Shown piece by piece: positions 10,486 through 22,117 of a stretch of DNA of 64,000 bases. Where the stretch lies: positions 57,041-121,040 of the forward strand of contig CBDBLX010000001.1 in NCBI GenBank assembly GCA_965207445.1, in the 5' to 3' direction. Each line of letters starts with the position of its first letter. The first letter of the stretch is position 1. The translations under genes and the position numbers were made by a program. The stretch is from Nitrosopumilus sp. GTDB lineage: Archaea > Thermoproteota > Nitrososphaeria > Nitrososphaerales > Nitrosopumilaceae. Below the pieces are notes generated by a model. The model made no database searches. It was given only the letters and a program-made list of their open reading frames with translations, and was not told the origin of the DNA.

Positions 10486-11649
10486 ATGGCCAGTTTCCTA
10501 TTCACCTCTGAATCAGTAACAGAAGGTCATCCAGACAAGATATGCGACAACATATCAGATGCATTTGTAGATGCATACCTGCAACAAGACCCAGATGCTC
10601 GAGTTGCAGTAGAGACACTCGTCACTACGGATTTTGTAGTTGTGGCAGGCGAGTACAAATCAGACATAGCAAATGTCGATGAGACAACACAAGAGAAACT
10701 AGTAAGAGATACCATCAGAGAGATAGGATATAATGACAAGAGTCTAGGGTTTGATGCAGACACCTGCCAAATAATACTCAAAGTACACCAACAGAGTCAA
10801 GATATCAGCATGGGCGTGACGGCAACGTCTCGGCGAGAGCAAGGTGCAGGAGATCAAGGGTTGATGTTCGGCTATGCCACAAATGAGACACCAGAGTTAA
10901 TGCCAATGCCAATTATACTTGCACATAAATTAACAAAGAGACTCTCTCAAGTCCGAAGAGACAACACCATACCATGGATCAGACCAGATGGTAAATCTCA
11001 AGTCTCTGTACAGTATAAAGACGGCAAGCCCACAAGTGTTGATGCAGTTGTAATATCAACACAACATGCAGATGACATCTCACAACAAGTTATCACCCAA
11101 CAGATCACAGATGTGGTGATAAAGCCCGTGCTAGGGGACATGTACAATGACAATATAGTAATACACATCAATCCTACTGGCAGATTCGTGACGGGTGGTC
11201 CCAAAGGAGACACCGGTCTTACAGGCCGCAAGATAATAGTTGATACGTATGGTGGATTTGGAAGACATGGTGGGGGGGCATTTTCAGGCAAGGACCCATC
11301 AAAGGTAGACAGGTCAGCATGTTACATGTGCAGATATATTGCAAAAAATATTATTGCAGCAGGAATTGCTGAGAGATGTGAGGTTCAGATTGCATATGCA
11401 ATCGGAGTGGCAGAGCCAGTCTCACTTTATGTCAATACTTTTGGAACAGGTCGCATTACAGATGAGAACATAACAAAAATGGTAAGGGAGAACTTTGATA
11501 TGAAACCAGCGGCCATAATATCAAAATTAAACCTCAAACACATATCATACAAGAAGACAGCATCATATGGTCATTTTGGTAGAGACGAGTTTACGTGGGA
11601 AAAGACAGACATGGCACAGACATTAAGGCAGTATGCCGACAGTCTCTAA
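10486..11649 (+). CDS. metK: S-adenosylmethionine synthetase (bacterial type)
   Basis: [28 protein letters not shown]. Confidence 0.97.
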   Translation: MASFLFTSESVTEGHPDKICDNISDAFVDAYLQQDPDARVAVETLVTTDFVVVAGEYKSDIANVDETTQEKLVRDTIREIGYNDKSLGFDADTCQIILKVHQQSQDISMGVTATSRREQGAGDQGLMFGYATNETPELMPMPIILAHKLTKRLSQVRRDNTIPWIRPDGKSQVSVQYKDGKPTSVDAVVISTQHADDISQQVITQQITDVVIKPVLGDMYNDNIVIHINPTGRFVTGGPKGDTGLTGRKIIVDTYGGFGRHGGGAFSGKDPSKVDRSACYMCRYIAKNIIAAGIAERCEVQIAYAIGVAEPVSLYVNTFGTGRITDENITKMVRENFDMKPAAIISKLNLKHISYKKTASYGHFGRDEFTWEKTDMAQTLRQYADSL

Positions 11650-12642
11650 CTGTTTTACAACAGAAAATAGAGTAATTCCAGTAGTTTGTGATATTTTGGT
11701 ATGATCACTGACAAAGCCGCCTGCAATCACACCTAAATCATCGACTCCAAATATGGTATCAGTTTTACTACTATGTGATAACGCTTTTTTATACAGTGCC
11801 TCCATAGAGACTGGATTTATCTCCACATCATATGCTTTAGCAAGCAAAGACATGTAAGTGAAAAATGGTATGCAGTCCGGACCTACCAAATCAAGTGTTG
11901 TACTAAAAGTAGTGTTTTCAACAAGTTTTTTGATTGCCCATATTATTATATTTGTCACATCATCTATATGAATTGGCTGTATGAGACTGTTGCAATTAAA
12001 TATGTCAAGTGGCTCTTTTGTGCCAGATATTTTGTGCTTGTGTACATATGAGGATAGATAATCCATGCGTCGTCGTTGTGGTGCAATGGTGTGCTGCTGC
12101 CCCCCTACTACATAAGATGGGCGAAGCACAACATGATTTAGTTTTGATTCAACAACCACACATTCGGCAGCATATTTGGCAGCAAGGTATGCAATTGGTG
12201 TGTGCAAAGACGCACCCAGTCCACTCATATGTACAATGTTCGGTATACCGGCTCTCTGTGCCAAAAATACTGCAAGTGATGCTGTACGAACAATAGAGTC
12301 TTCGAATCTACATAGAGCCGATTGCCTGCCATTGCCTGCAAGATTTATCAGCACATCAAAGTGTCTGATAACAGACAAGATATTTGCCAAACTTTCATTT
12401 GGTGTAATATTGCACTTTTCATAATTATCGAGCCGGGAATCATTATTATCTAATTCATAATACTTGTAATCATCAGGATTAATGCGCTCAAAAGAATCAG
12501 ATCCATGATATAGAGGCTCAAGTGTCTTGTGCGATAGTGTGATTATACAAACATCTTTTAAAAGTAATGAGGTTTTGAGTTTGTGGTATAAAGCACTACC
12601 AATGAAACCATTTGCACCTATAATGGCAACTTGCGTACTCAC
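11623..12642 (-). CDS. NAD-dependent epimerase/dehydratase (SDR) family protein
   Basis: GANGFIG Rossmann motif, YxxxK (YLAAK), LRPSYVVG. Confidence 0.85.
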   Translation of the reverse strand: MSTQVAIIGANGFIGSALYHKLKTSLLLKDVCIITLSHKTLEPLYHGSDSFERINPDDYKYYELDNNDSRLDNYEKCNITPNESLANILSVIRHFDVLINLAGNGRQSALCRFEDSIVRTASLAVFLAQRAGIPNIVHMSGLGASLHTPIAYLAAKYAAECVVVESKLNHVVLRPSYVVGGQQHTIAPQRRRMDYLSSYVHKHKISGTKEPLDIFNCNSLIQPIHIDDVTNIIIWAIKKLVENTTFSTTLDLVGPDCIPFFTYMSLLAKAYDVEINPVSMEALYKKALSHSSKTDTIFGVDDLGVIAGGFVSDHTKISQTTGITLFSVVKQLETVGILP

Positions 12643-12720
12643 ACAAATAAGATGATCATTGTAGTTTTAAGTGTAATCAACATAACACAAACAAAAATAC
12701 TACTAGACGTAAGATATGAT

Positions 12721-13920
12721 ATGCACGAGGAAAAAAACAAGATATTAAATACAGTAGATGATTATATAGAAGGAAGAGTCCAACTCACCCAACAGATACT
12801 TGATCAATATAACAACAGTGTACAAAAAGACGGACAGCGCACAGGGTATACAACTGGTAGTTGTGCTGCTGCTGCTGCCACTGCTGCACTAAAAGCCATA
12901 CTAACGGCAAGGGCCACATATGGCATATTGATATCCTTGCCAAAACAACGCCGACTCTTAATACCAATCAAAAAGTGCGTCTTTGATGATAGTTCTGCTA
13001 CATGTACAGTAATCAAAGATGGAGGAGATGATCCTGACGTCACTCACGGGGCCGAAATTATAGTCAGACTCGAATTAACTGATAACACAAATATCATAGA
13101 GATTACAGGTGGAGAGGGAGTCGGAATAGTCACAAAGCCCGGACTCGGTCTCACACTCAATGAATCTGCGATCAATCCTGTACCAAAAAAGATCATAGAA
13201 GAGAATCTTAGAGCAGAGATACCATCTAATATGCTAAACACATATGGCATAAAGGCCACAATTATAGTGCCAAAAGGTAAAGAATTAGGACCTAAAACAG
13301 ATAATCCACGACTAGGAATAATAGGTGGAATCTCAATACTAGGAACAAGTGGCATTGTCATACCATTTTCTACTGCATCATACGCAGCATCAATCAGACA
13401 AAACCTAGATGTGGCAATTGCAATGGGTGAGGATGTAGTTGTGCTGACTACGGGTGGCAGAAGTGAAGAATTTGCAAAAAAAGCCATTGCAGATTTACCA
13501 GATCACTGTTTTATTCAGATGGGGGACTTTGTAGGATATTCTGTTAGTGAGTGCGCAAAGAGATCAGAGCACATCAAACAGGTGTATGTTGTTGGATTTA
13601 TAGGTAAATTAGCAAAGATGGCAAAAGGTGTGAGACAGACACATGTCAAAGGCTCAAAGGTAGATACAAAGTTTCTTGCAAATTTGGCGCAACAAGTAGG
13701 AGCAGACCACCATACCATACAAATGGTATCCAAAGCAAATACAGCAAGACACGTATTGGAGATTATATCAGAAACCAAACACGCAAAGCGGTTCTTTGGG
13801 ATTTTGTGTCACAATGTGTATGAGCATATGATAAAACATGCACGATCTGAGAAAATTCCAATTCAAGTGTTACTCTTTGATTTTGATGGTTGTGTGTTGG
13901 CAAAAGCAGATGGTAATTAA
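12721..13920 (+). CDS. cbiD: cobalt-precorrin-5B C1-methyltransferase
   Basis: RTGYTTGSCAAAA, KDGGDDPDVTHG, GGISILGTSG. Confidence 0.95.
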   Translation: MHEEKNKILNTVDDYIEGRVQLTQQILDQYNNSVQKDGQRTGYTTGSCAAAAATAALKAILTARATYGILISLPKQRRLLIPIKKCVFDDSSATCTVIKDGGDDPDVTHGAEIIVRLELTDNTNIIEITGGEGVGIVTKPGLGLTLNESAINPVPKKIIEENLRAEIPSNMLNTYGIKATIIVPKGKELGPKTDNPRLGIIGGISILGTSGIVIPFSTASYAASIRQNLDVAIAMGEDVVVLTTGGRSEEFAKKAIADLPDHCFIQMGDFVGYSVSECAKRSEHIKQVYVVGFIGKLAKMAKGVRQTHVKGSKVDTKFLANLAQQVGADHHTIQMVSKANTARHVLEIISETKHAKRFFGILCHNVYEHMIKHARSEKIPIQVLLFDFDGCVLAKADGN

Positions 13921-13975
13921 TTGTACAGTTTGACACTTTCACAAGGTATTTTATAAAAATCATTTTACGACACAT

Positions 13976-15064
13976 ATGGCAGGCGACAATAATATAGCAA
14001 TATTGGCAATTACAAAACATGGTATTAGCACTAGTCTAAAATTACACAAATATTTTCCAGAATGGATAGTATACGCACCAGAAAAATTTGCAGCTACATA
14101 TGAGTGCGACAAGCGCGTGAAATGGTATACTGATACAACATCACACATGATACCTCAAATCTTTGGCAAATACAACGGTATGATATGCATGTTCTCACTT
14201 GGAGCTACCATACGATTAATTGCGCCACATATGAAAGACAAAAAGACGGATCCGGCAGTCTTGGTGATAGATGAGATGGCCAATTTTGTAATCAGTGTAT
14301 TGTCAGGACATATTGGTGGCGCAAATTATTTGGCAAAGACAGTTGCACAAAAGATAGGCGCACAAGCAGTAATCACTACGGCAGCTGATGTCAAGAATAC
14401 CATACCAGTAGATATGGTGGGGCGAGACCTCAAATGGGTCATACAAGATGACACTCACATTACAGCAGTCAGTGCACATATGGTCAATGAAGATAAAATT
14501 GGCATATACCAGGATGCAGGGACTGGCATCAAAGAGTGGTATAATAAAGAGTTGCCAGCAAATGTTCACATTTATGAGACACTTGATGAGATGTACAAGT
14601 CAGATGCAGTAGCATATCTTATCATAACTGACAAGATAATCATCAAACCAGATATTAGCAAACCGACTGTAGTGTATAGACCCCCCACACTAATAGTAGG
14701 AGTTGGATTGCACTATAACACAACAGCACAGACTATCATAGATGGCATTACACATACATTTGAAAAGTACAGACTTGCAAAAAAGAGCATTGCAAAGATC
14801 TCTTCTATGAAAAAACCTGTTGATATACCAGGGTTAGCACAGGCAGCAAAAGAACTCGACGTGCAGTTATTATTGCATGAAAAGGATAGATTGGCAGAAA
14901 TTAAAGTGCCAAATCCATCTGATACTGTAAAATCCTTTGAGGGTACGGCAAGCGTATCAGAAGCATCATGTATGATATCATGCAATATGGGTAGTTTAAT
15001 AGTAGAGAAACAGAAATTTCCACCAGACTTGACAATAGCAGTAGCAAGGGAAGAGGCGGGGTGA
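13976..15064 (+). CDS. cbiG: cobalt-precorrin-5A hydrolase
   Basis: DKKTDPAVLVID, SVLSGHIGGAN, SVSEAS. Confidence 0.93.
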   Translation: MAGDNNIAILAITKHGISTSLKLHKYFPEWIVYAPEKFAATYECDKRVKWYTDTTSHMIPQIFGKYNGMICMFSLGATIRLIAPHMKDKKTDPAVLVIDEMANFVISVLSGHIGGANYLAKTVAQKIGAQAVITTAADVKNTIPVDMVGRDLKWVIQDDTHITAVSAHMVNEDKIGIYQDAGTGIKEWYNKELPANVHIYETLDEMYKSDAVAYLIITDKIIIKPDISKPTVVYRPPTLIVGVGLHYNTTAQTIIDGITHTFEKYRLAKKSIAKISSMKKPVDIPGLAQAAKELDVQLLLHEKDRLAEIKVPNPSDTVKSFEGTASVSEASCMISCNMGSLIVEKQKFPPDLTIAVAREEAG

Positions 15065-15846
15065 TGATGAACAACAACAACAAAAGACGTGGCTTGTTAC
15101 TAATTGATAGAGGAAGTCGTGAACGTGAAGCATCAGAAGAACTAGAGAGTATTTGCGCAGGTGTAAAAGAGAAAGGAAATTATGAATTTGCAGAGTACTG
15201 TTTTTTGGAGGTAGAGCCACCATATATTGAGGATGGTATGCTAAAGTGCCTCAAGCCAAATATAATAGACACACTAACTATTGTGCCATACTTTTTGTAT
15301 CCTGGCAAAAAGGTCAAAAACGCAGTAACAGATGCCATATCATACCAAGACAAGACAGACATCAAACTGCTAGTCACAAGGGCAATGAGTATGCACAGCA
15401 CATTAATTGATATCGTGTATAGCCGTGTTGCAGCAGCACTGCAAGACAACAATATCACAGCACCAGATTCAGAGATAGATGTAATGATAATAGGGCATGG
15501 GAGCATGGATCCGAATGCTCAAAGATCTATGGATTATATAATAAATGGTCTCAAAGACAGATATCGTAACATTAGTAGGTGCTGGCTTGAGATAGAACAG
15601 CCAGACATATTTGCAGGAATAAAAAAGTGTGAGGCAGACTGCCCAAATGTACTAGTTGTTGTGTTTTACTTTTTGCATGAAGGCGCACATGTTAAAACTG
15701 ACATAAATAGTGACTTGTTGCCAGCACTTGAAAAATCAACTATAAAAAATGTATACATTACAAAACATATAGGCACAGATGAACGAATAGTCGACCTAAT
15801 AGTAGAGAGAGCCAAAGAGGTAGAGTCAGCAATTGTCACAGACTAA
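15061..15846 (+). CDS. cbiX: sirohydrochlorin cobaltochelatase (two CbiX domains)
   Basis: FLEVEPP, VPYFLYPG, GHGS, LHEGAHV. Confidence 0.88.
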   Translation: MMMNNNNKRRGLLLIDRGSREREASEELESICAGVKEKGNYEFAEYCFLEVEPPYIEDGMLKCLKPNIIDTLTIVPYFLYPGKKVKNAVTDAISYQDKTDIKLLVTRAMSMHSTLIDIVYSRVAAALQDNNITAPDSEIDVMIIGHGSMDPNAQRSMDYIINGLKDRYRNISRCWLEIEQPDIFAGIKKCEADCPNVLVVVFYFLHEGAHVKTDINSDLLPALEKSTIKNVYITKHIGTDERIVDLIVERAKEVESAIVTD

Positions 15847-16486
15847 CAGGGGCCAGTCAATTGAAGATGAAAGCATGCGCATCATCGACTCTGAAATTGA
15901 TGGTAAGAGCATATATGGTGAGAAAGAGTGGAAGATAGTAAGGCGTGTGATACATGCAACAGCAGACTTTGATTTTGCTACAGATGGCAAGATCATATTT
16001 TACCACAATGCAGTAAAAAGTGGCATGCAGGCACTCAAAAATAGATGTAATATCATAATTGATGTAAATGGAGTGATAGGTGGACTCAACAAGCAAAATC
16101 CAAAAGACTTTGGAAACGAGATAATATGTAAGATATCAGACCCTCAGATAGCACAGATGGCAAGGGAAATGTCTCTGACTAGATCACAGACTGCCATGCG
16201 CATGTTAGCCGACGAGATGAATGGTGGTATAGTAGCAATCGGCAATGCACCTACGGCACTCAGAGAGGTCATAAAGATGACAAGGGAGAAAGTTACAAAA
16301 CCAGCGCTAGTGATAGGCATGCCTGTGGGTTTTGTTGATGCTGCAGAGTCAAAACACGAATTATCAACACTGCAAGATGATAATATACCATTTATTACAA
16401 ATGTAGGTAGAAAGGGAGGGAGTCCGGCCACATCTGCTATAATAAATGCCATGTATAAGATGATCAGAGAAGAAACTGCAAATTAA
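15833..16486 (+). CDS. cbiC: precorrin-8X methylmutase
   Basis: RRVIHATADF, IGNAPTAL, GMPVGFV, GRKGGS. Confidence 0.95.
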   Translation: MSQTNRGQSIEDESMRIIDSEIDGKSIYGEKEWKIVRRVIHATADFDFATDGKIIFYHNAVKSGMQALKNRCNIIIDVNGVIGGLNKQNPKDFGNEIICKISDPQIAQMAREMSLTRSQTAMRMLADEMNGGIVAIGNAPTALREVIKMTREKVTKPALVIGMPVGFVDAAESKHELSTLQDDNIPFITNVGRKGGSPATSAIINAMYKMIREETAN

Positions 16487-16639
16487 AATGGTATATGGTA
16501 TTGAAATTTTATGCCATGTATTGCGATACCATTACGATTGCATTACGATGTTATATTACCACATTATATTATCATATTATACTATCATATAATACATATA
16601 TACAAATCAATATACTAAAAATTATTTATAAACATTCAA

Positions 16640-18169
16640 TCAACGTCTCTTGTATGTCTTTGAGTTTTCAACAAACATGTATGCAAATGCCGACATATCA
16701 AAGTACAAATGTCCATATGCTGCAAGTGTATTATACATCATAATACCATCTCGATATCTCCATATTCCCATATTGCGTGATTTTACCTCTTCATCACTAT
16801 TATGAAAATACGAGGCACGATATTCATCATCCGCATTATCTAATATCATACATAATTTGGCATCACGTGGAACATGAATCATCTTTGAGTAATGAAACTC
16901 GTGTCCCCTGAACGCATGTTTTTTACCACCCGTAATTGGCGTATACGAATCAATCATACCTTTAGTATATCCCAAGACTGGCCTTTTTGTCATTACAACA
17001 CTGGGATCAAATAGTCCCACCATCTTGTGCTTTGTGCCTTTCTGTGTTGTGATATCTTTGCAAAGATACATCAACCCACCACACTCAGCATATATTGGAG
17101 CCTCATCTTCTGCTGCGCGTTTTATTGATTTCATCATTGATTCGTTACGCTCTAGTTGCTCTGATAGTATCTCTGGAAAACCACCTCCAATGTATACACC
17201 ATCGCATGCAGGTAGTTTCTTATCTGACACTGGACTAAAAAATATCAACTCTGCGCCCTCACGATATAATGCATCCAAGTTATCCTGATAATAGAAATTA
17301 AAAGAGTTATCCAATGCCACTGCAATAACTGGTTTATTACTATTTTTGGCCTTGTGCGGTATGGTACGTGGTTTTAACGATGAGAGTCCCAAATGTTGCG
17401 GTATGGTACGATTAATTTTTTTGCGAGTAGTAGACGTTTGATTAGAAGATGCCATATGAGACAGAGACGGCGGCAAGGGTCGCACACACGAAGATAATAA
17501 ATCCAGTATACGGCTTGTATCTAATTTTATAGACTTTGCAATATCTTGTATACGCTCTTGCAATATAGTATGGTCTATAGTAGAGTCTAGTCCTAGATGC
17601 CGCTCTTTTAATTTCAAAGACTCGTCTCTGTGAATTGTTCCCAATATTGGAATATTCAAATCACTAAATGCATCCCAACAAATATTTTGGTGTTTGTAGC
17701 TTGCTAATCGGTTCAATATTACACCCATGATTCTAGAGTTTTTTTTGAATGCCTTGAATCCTAAAGCAACAGCAGCTACTGAGCGTGCAGCCTTTGAGGC
17801 ATCAACAACTAGTATGACAGGTGAGCGTGTGATTGATGAGACTTGAAAAGTACTAGCAAGATCAGTTTTGCCATCATGTCCATCATAGTATCCCATTACT
17901 CCCTCAATTACAGATATGTCCGAATTTTTTGAGTGAGTGAGAAAGCTCTCCAGTAACCTATTTTTACTACCCATAATCCAAGTGTCCAAATTATGTGCAG
18001 GACGTCCTGCTGCTACACCCAGATATAACGGATCAATATAATCAGGCCCAACTTTAAAGGGTGATACAGTAAATCCTTTATTTCTCAACTCGTTGATTAT
18101 AGCACATGTGATGGTGGTCTTACCGACACCACTTGATGCGCCTGCAATAACCAATCGTTTATTGCTCAT
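16640..18169 (-). CDS. cbiA: cobyrinate a,c-diamide synthase
   Basis: SSGVGKTT, FKVGPDYID, EGVMG, AECGG, GHEFHYS; start set to ATG 18169. Confidence 0.95.
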   Translation of the reverse strand: MSNKRLVIAGASSGVGKTTITCAIINELRNKGFTVSPFKVGPDYIDPLYLGVAAGRPAHNLDTWIMGSKNRLLESFLTHSKNSDISVIEGVMGYYDGHDGKTDLASTFQVSSITRSPVILVVDASKAARSVAAVALGFKAFKKNSRIMGVILNRLASYKHQNICWDAFSDLNIPILGTIHRDESLKLKERHLGLDSTIDHTILQERIQDIAKSIKLDTSRILDLLSSCVRPLPPSLSHMASSNQTSTTRKKINRTIPQHLGLSSLKPRTIPHKAKNSNKPVIAVALDNSFNFYYQDNLDALYREGAELIFFSPVSDKKLPACDGVYIGGGFPEILSEQLERNESMMKSIKRAAEDEAPIYAECGGLMYLCKDITTQKGTKHKMVGLFDPSVVMTKRPVLGYTKGMIDSYTPITGGKKHAFRGHEFHYSKMIHVPRDAKLCMILDNADDEYRASYFHNSDEEVKSRNMGIWRYRDGIMMYNTLAAYGHLYFDMSAFAYMFVENSKTYKRR

Positions 18170-18218
18170 GTGTATGTATGATAACAATTCTAATAATATC
18201 TTGTTGTTTAGAATGTGC

Positions 18219-18767
18219 ATGGGAAAAGATGATGGACTAGTTATAGTGTATACAGGTGGTGGTAAAGGCAAGACTACAGCGGCACTCGGAATGGCATTAC
18301 GTGCAGTAGGACATCAAAAGTGTGTATGTATGGTACAGTTCATCAAGGGGTCGTGGAGTTATGGTGAGATGTACTCTTCTAAATTATTAGAGCCACAGTT
18401 TGAGATGATTGCAGCAGGAAAAGGTTTTGTTGGGATTATAGATGATCACAGTCCCCGAGAAGAGCACCAAAAGATTGCAAGGCAAGCATTAGAGTTGGCA
18501 AAAGAAAAAATACAGTGCGGCAAGTATGATATTGTGATATTAGATGAGATAAACTATGCAATTGACCTAGGATTGGTAGAATTGACAGATGTGCTTGATG
18601 TTATAGATGCACGTGGTGGTGGTGATAGTAGCACTACAACAATAGTACTAACTGGTAATCGCGCCCCCAAAGAGATCATTGAGCAAGCAGACTTGGTGAC
18701 AGAGATGAAGGAGATCAAGCATCCATTCAAAAAAGGAATAAAGGCAAAAAAGGGTATCGACTTTTAG
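18219..18767 (+). CDS. cobO: cob(I)alamin adenosyltransferase
   Basis: VYTGGGKGKTTAALG, QFIKG, ILDEI, KHPF. Confidence 0.95.
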   Translation: MGKDDGLVIVYTGGGKGKTTAALGMALRAVGHQKCVCMVQFIKGSWSYGEMYSSKLLEPQFEMIAAGKGFVGIIDDHSPREEHQKIARQALELAKEKIQCGKYDIVILDEINYAIDLGLVELTDVLDVIDARGGGDSSTTTIVLTGNRAPKEIIEQADLVTEMKEIKHPFKKGIKAKKGIDF

Positions 18768-18801
18768 AAACTGTTTAATGTGCCCAAGACAACATAGCTA
18801 C

Positions 18802-19632
18802 ATGTCTACTGCCACAACAACAACAGATGACAATGTACCAGAACAAGGCGAAATTGTAATTGCGACTGTCACAAAAGTGATGGATCATGGAGCATACGTG
18901 TCACTAGACGAATATGATGGAGTACAGGGATTTTTACACATCTCAGAGATTGCACCAGGATGGATACGCTCTATTAACAAACATGTCAAAAATGGCGAGA
19001 AAAAGGTACTAGTAGTCAAAAAGGTAAATCCCCACAGAGGTGATATTGACTTGTCACTCAAGCAGATCTCAAAGGATCAAAGAAAGCAGAAACTCAAAGA
19101 GGTAAAGAGGTACGAAAAGGGCAATACACTATTACAAAATGTACAAGACAAGCTAAATCTGAGTGAGGAGGACATTACAAAATTAGAGGACAAGATATAC
19201 ACAAAGTTTGACTCTGTGTATGATGCGTTCATAGAGATAGGGCGTAGAGGTGAGGGTGTAGTTGAGAATATGCAAATTGATGATAAAATTGTGCAAGTTA
19301 TGTTAGATGTGGCATCAAAAATCAAACTACCATCAGTTGAGATTAGAGGAGTAATGGAGATAACAAGTAGTAGACCCAATGGTGTAGAGGTGATAAAAGA
19401 GGTATTACAAGGTGCTGCTGCAATATCAGATAACAAAGACAGTACAACAGAAAAGACAGAGATCACTTATTTGGGTGCGCCAAAATATAGACTGTCAGTT
19501 ATATCAGAGGATTTCAAATCTGCTGAAAAGTCACTAAAACCAATAGTAGTAGAGATTCAGTCACGTATCGAAAAGAAAAAGGGCACATTTAGTTTTACGC
19601 GAGAAGAGTCAAAAAAGACGAGGGATAACTAG
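18802..19632 (+). CDS. eif2a: translation initiation factor aIF2 alpha
   Basis: S1 domain (GAYVSLDEY..GFLHISEIAPGWI), YLGAPKY. Confidence 0.95.
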   Translation: MSTATTTTDDNVPEQGEIVIATVTKVMDHGAYVSLDEYDGVQGFLHISEIAPGWIRSINKHVKNGEKKVLVVKKVNPHRGDIDLSLKQISKDQRKQKLKEVKRYEKGNTLLQNVQDKLNLSEEDITKLEDKIYTKFDSVYDAFIEIGRRGEGVVENMQIDDKIVQVMLDVASKIKLPSVEIRGVMEITSSRPNGVEVIKEVLQGAAAISDNKDSTTEKTEITYLGAPKYRLSVISEDFKSAEKSLKPIVVEIQSRIEKKKGTFSFTREESKKTRDN

Positions 19633-19805
19633 TGCGTTTTTTATTGCGTAGATGTGTCTCATGCAAAAAGTACACATTAAAAGTCAAATGTCCCACATGT
19701 GATGCAGATACAGTGTCAGCACATCCTGCCAAATATTCACCTGATGACAAATATGCCAGATACAGGCTAGCATCAAGATACAACTCTGAGAGTAAGGGTG
19801 TATAG
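19632..19805 (+). CDS. nop10: H/ACA RNP protein Nop10 (absent from the ORF track)
   Basis: GTG start; MRFLLRRCVSCKKYTLKVKCPTC...HPAKYSPDDKYARYR; canonical position after aIF2 alpha. Confidence 0.92.
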   Translation: MRFLLRRCVSCKKYTLKVKCPTCDADTVSAHPAKYSPDDKYARYRLASRYNSESKGV

Positions 19806-19852
19806 TTCACCGATTAATCACAAATACGGTGTAAAAATAATTATATGTGTAT

Positions 19853-20323
19853 TTAATCAGGAGAGTATTTACCACACAATTGCGCGCTAGCCAGTATATG
19901 TGGTTTTATTGCATCTTCTAACTGTTTTTTTGTTGTAGTGACGGGAAGATCAAGTATTGCATCCAAGGCATAAAGCGTAAAGATGTAAGTGTGTTCTTTG
20001 TCAGGGGGTGCGGGTCCACCATACCCAGTAGTTCCAAAGTCCGTGACACCTTGTATTGAGCAGTTAGGCGCAGAGTTCTCTTTGATTTGAGTCGTATCAG
20101 GTAGGATATTCCAGACTATCCAATGAGACCATACTTTGCCTGCAGGTTTCATAGCATCAGGATCATCCATTATCAGAGCAAGTGATTTTGCATCAGAGGG
20201 AATACCAGTGAATGAGAGTTGTGGACTATGATTGTCGTTTTTGTATCCATGTTTTTTTGGAATCTGTCCATTGTTCTCAAACGCATCACTTGTTATTGTG
20301 ATATGTGTCATATATGATATCAC
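19853..20323 (-). CDS. YbhB/YbcL (PEBP-like) protein
   Basis: MDDPDA, HWIVWNI, GYGGPAPP, HTYIFTLYALD. Confidence 0.92.
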   Translation of the reverse strand: MISYMTHITITSDAFENNGQIPKKHGYKNDNHSPQLSFTGIPSDAKSLALIMDDPDAMKPAGKVWSHWIVWNILPDTTQIKENSAPNCSIQGVTDFGTTGYGGPAPPDKEHTYIFTLYALDAILDLPVTTTKKQLEDAIKPHILASAQLCGKYSPD

Positions 20324-20361
20324 AGAGTACTAAAATTAAGGGTTTCTTTTATTAAATAGCA

Positions 20362-20751
20362 TCATACATGAGACTCTAAAACAATATTATCATTTGAAAA
20401 TGACATTATTGTGCACCCACACCCTACAAGTATTCGTTTTAGCTGTCTGTCCATTGTCGCTACTATGAGATTACCATCATGTCTTTGCGTGTAAGAGATG
20501 ATTGCATCATCTGCATTAATAATATTGTCAGATATCGATATGGTTTCAAATCCTTTGATGTATGATAATGTCTGTTTTGCATCTTCTTGCTTGGTATCGT
20601 TGTGCTTTGATATATGAATTAATTCGTCTAAAACTACACGTGGGACTACAAACGATACATCACCTATCTCTTGGCCTAGTCTGTCAATGTTTCTGATTCG
20701 CCTAGTGGCCAGATGCATCAAAAAGCTAGTATCACATATAATATCAGTCAA
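20362..20751 (-). CDS. PIN-domain protein (Fcf1/Utp24-like)
   Basis: ICDTSFL, VLDEL, ADDAI, VATMDRQL; follows aIF2 gamma as usual in archaea. Confidence 0.85.
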   Translation of the reverse strand: MTDIICDTSFLMHLATRRIRNIDRLGQEIGDVSFVVPRVVLDELIHISKHNDTKQEDAKQTLSYIKGFETISISDNIINADDAIISYTQRHDGNLIVATMDRQLKRILVGCGCTIMSFSNDNIVLESHV

Positions 20752-22021
20752 CTATACCTGCGCCAATCAGTCTCCACCGATCAGCTATCCTCCTGCTGAT
20801 TGCAACACGGCCGCCCTCAAATACACATACAGGGCGCTTTAACTCGACCTCTATCACATTGTTATCCCCACCTACTCGCAAACGCGTTACCTGCCCAGGT
20901 ATGGGCGCTGTTCCAATATTCAAGCGCAACATTTCACCTGTCTGAATGGGTTTGATCTTTACATCCTCCGTAGTACCTACTGCTGAATCAAATAGACTGA
21001 TTGACATTTTTAGCACAGTTGTACTCTGAGGGAGTGTATCAGGATGACCAATAACAGATCCTATGAAAGAGTCGCTGCGCGTCATGGATGGGTCTAGTTT
21101 AGTGCCAATTGCAACAAGTCCACCAGGTTTTACTGACTCTACAGTACCTGCTCCTGTTCCTAGTGATGTGATCTCAGTAATTAGTGGCGTGTACTGTCCT
21201 TTGCGTTTTTCAGATATTATACCCGGTTTTATCTCGATCTCATCGCCCACATTAAATACACCCTGAGTTAAACTGCCGCCTATCACACCACCCTTTATCT
21301 TGTTTATACTAGTACCAGGACGGTTCACATCAAATGAGCGCAATACATGCATTACAGTGTTTTTGCTCTCATCACGGTCAGGTGTCTGGATAGTGGACTC
21401 TATTGCGCCAATCAACGCATCAACATTAAGTGATGATTGTGCAGACACTGGAATTATGGGTGGATTTTTCACATGTGTTTTATCTAGAAAATTTACAATG
21501 TCTTTGTGGTTTGCCAAGGCGTCTTGATATGTTAATAGATCTACTTTGTTCTGTATGACTACAATCTGTTTTATTCCTAGTGTTTGAAGTGCTAGCATGT
21601 GTTCTTTTGTCTGAGATCTTGGAACGTGTTCATTTGCTGCAACCAAAAGGAGGGCGCCATCCATCAAAGCAGAACCAGATAACATATTTGCCATCAAACT
21701 CTCATGTCCCGGACTATCAACAAAACTCACTACTCGGGTAAGTTCACTATTGTCGCTACAGTGATTGCATTTAGAAGTGGTAGAGTACCCACCAGGCTCA
21801 TCACAACTAGCACACTTGTAAAATGCCGCATCAGAGTATCCCACACGTATAGTTATGCCTCGCTTTAGTTCTTGGCTGTGCACACTAGTCCATGAACCAG
21901 TAAGTGCTTGAATCAAAGTGGTCTTGCCATGATCAACGTGTCCGGCCGTTCCTATGTTTACACAGGGCTGATAGCCGAATTTTTTTATGTACCAATCAGG
22001 GAGTGTGTCACGCCAATGCAT
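20744..22021 (-). CDS. eif2g: translation initiation factor aIF2 gamma
   Basis: GHVDHGKT, RGITIRVGY, DSPGH, QNKVD, WRLIG. Confidence 0.97.
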   Translation of the reverse strand: MHWRDTLPDWYIKKFGYQPCVNIGTAGHVDHGKTTLIQALTGSWTSVHSQELKRGITIRVGYSDAAFYKCASCDEPGGYSTTSKCNHCSDNSELTRVVSFVDSPGHESLMANMLSGSALMDGALLLVAANEHVPRSQTKEHMLALQTLGIKQIVVIQNKVDLLTYQDALANHKDIVNFLDKTHVKNPPIIPVSAQSSLNVDALIGAIESTIQTPDRDESKNTVMHVLRSFDVNRPGTSINKIKGGVIGGSLTQGVFNVGDEIEIKPGIISEKRKGQYTPLITEITSLGTGAGTVESVKPGGLVAIGTKLDPSMTRSDSFIGSVIGHPDTLPQSTTVLKMSISLFDSAVGTTEDVKIKPIQTGEMLRLNIGTAPIPGQVTRLRVGGDNNVIEVELKRPVCVFEGGRVAISRRIADRWRLIGAGIVD

Positions 22022-22117
22022 AGTAAAAGTCGTGAATTATAGTATGTTAAGTTTGTTTTGGAAGAAGGGTATTTTATGGGTGTTTTTGTTTTTGTATGAG
22101 ACAAGTAAATTTGAGAC

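Noticed and set aside
10486..11649. Bacterial-type MetK in an archaeon as a novelty
   Set aside because: To my knowledge this is usual in this lineage; it sits in backbone context with backbone composition
12721..18767. Cobalamin cluster as a novel pathway, or a B12 riboswitch
   Set aside because: Cobalamin synthesis is established in thaumarchaea; no riboswitch consensus seen
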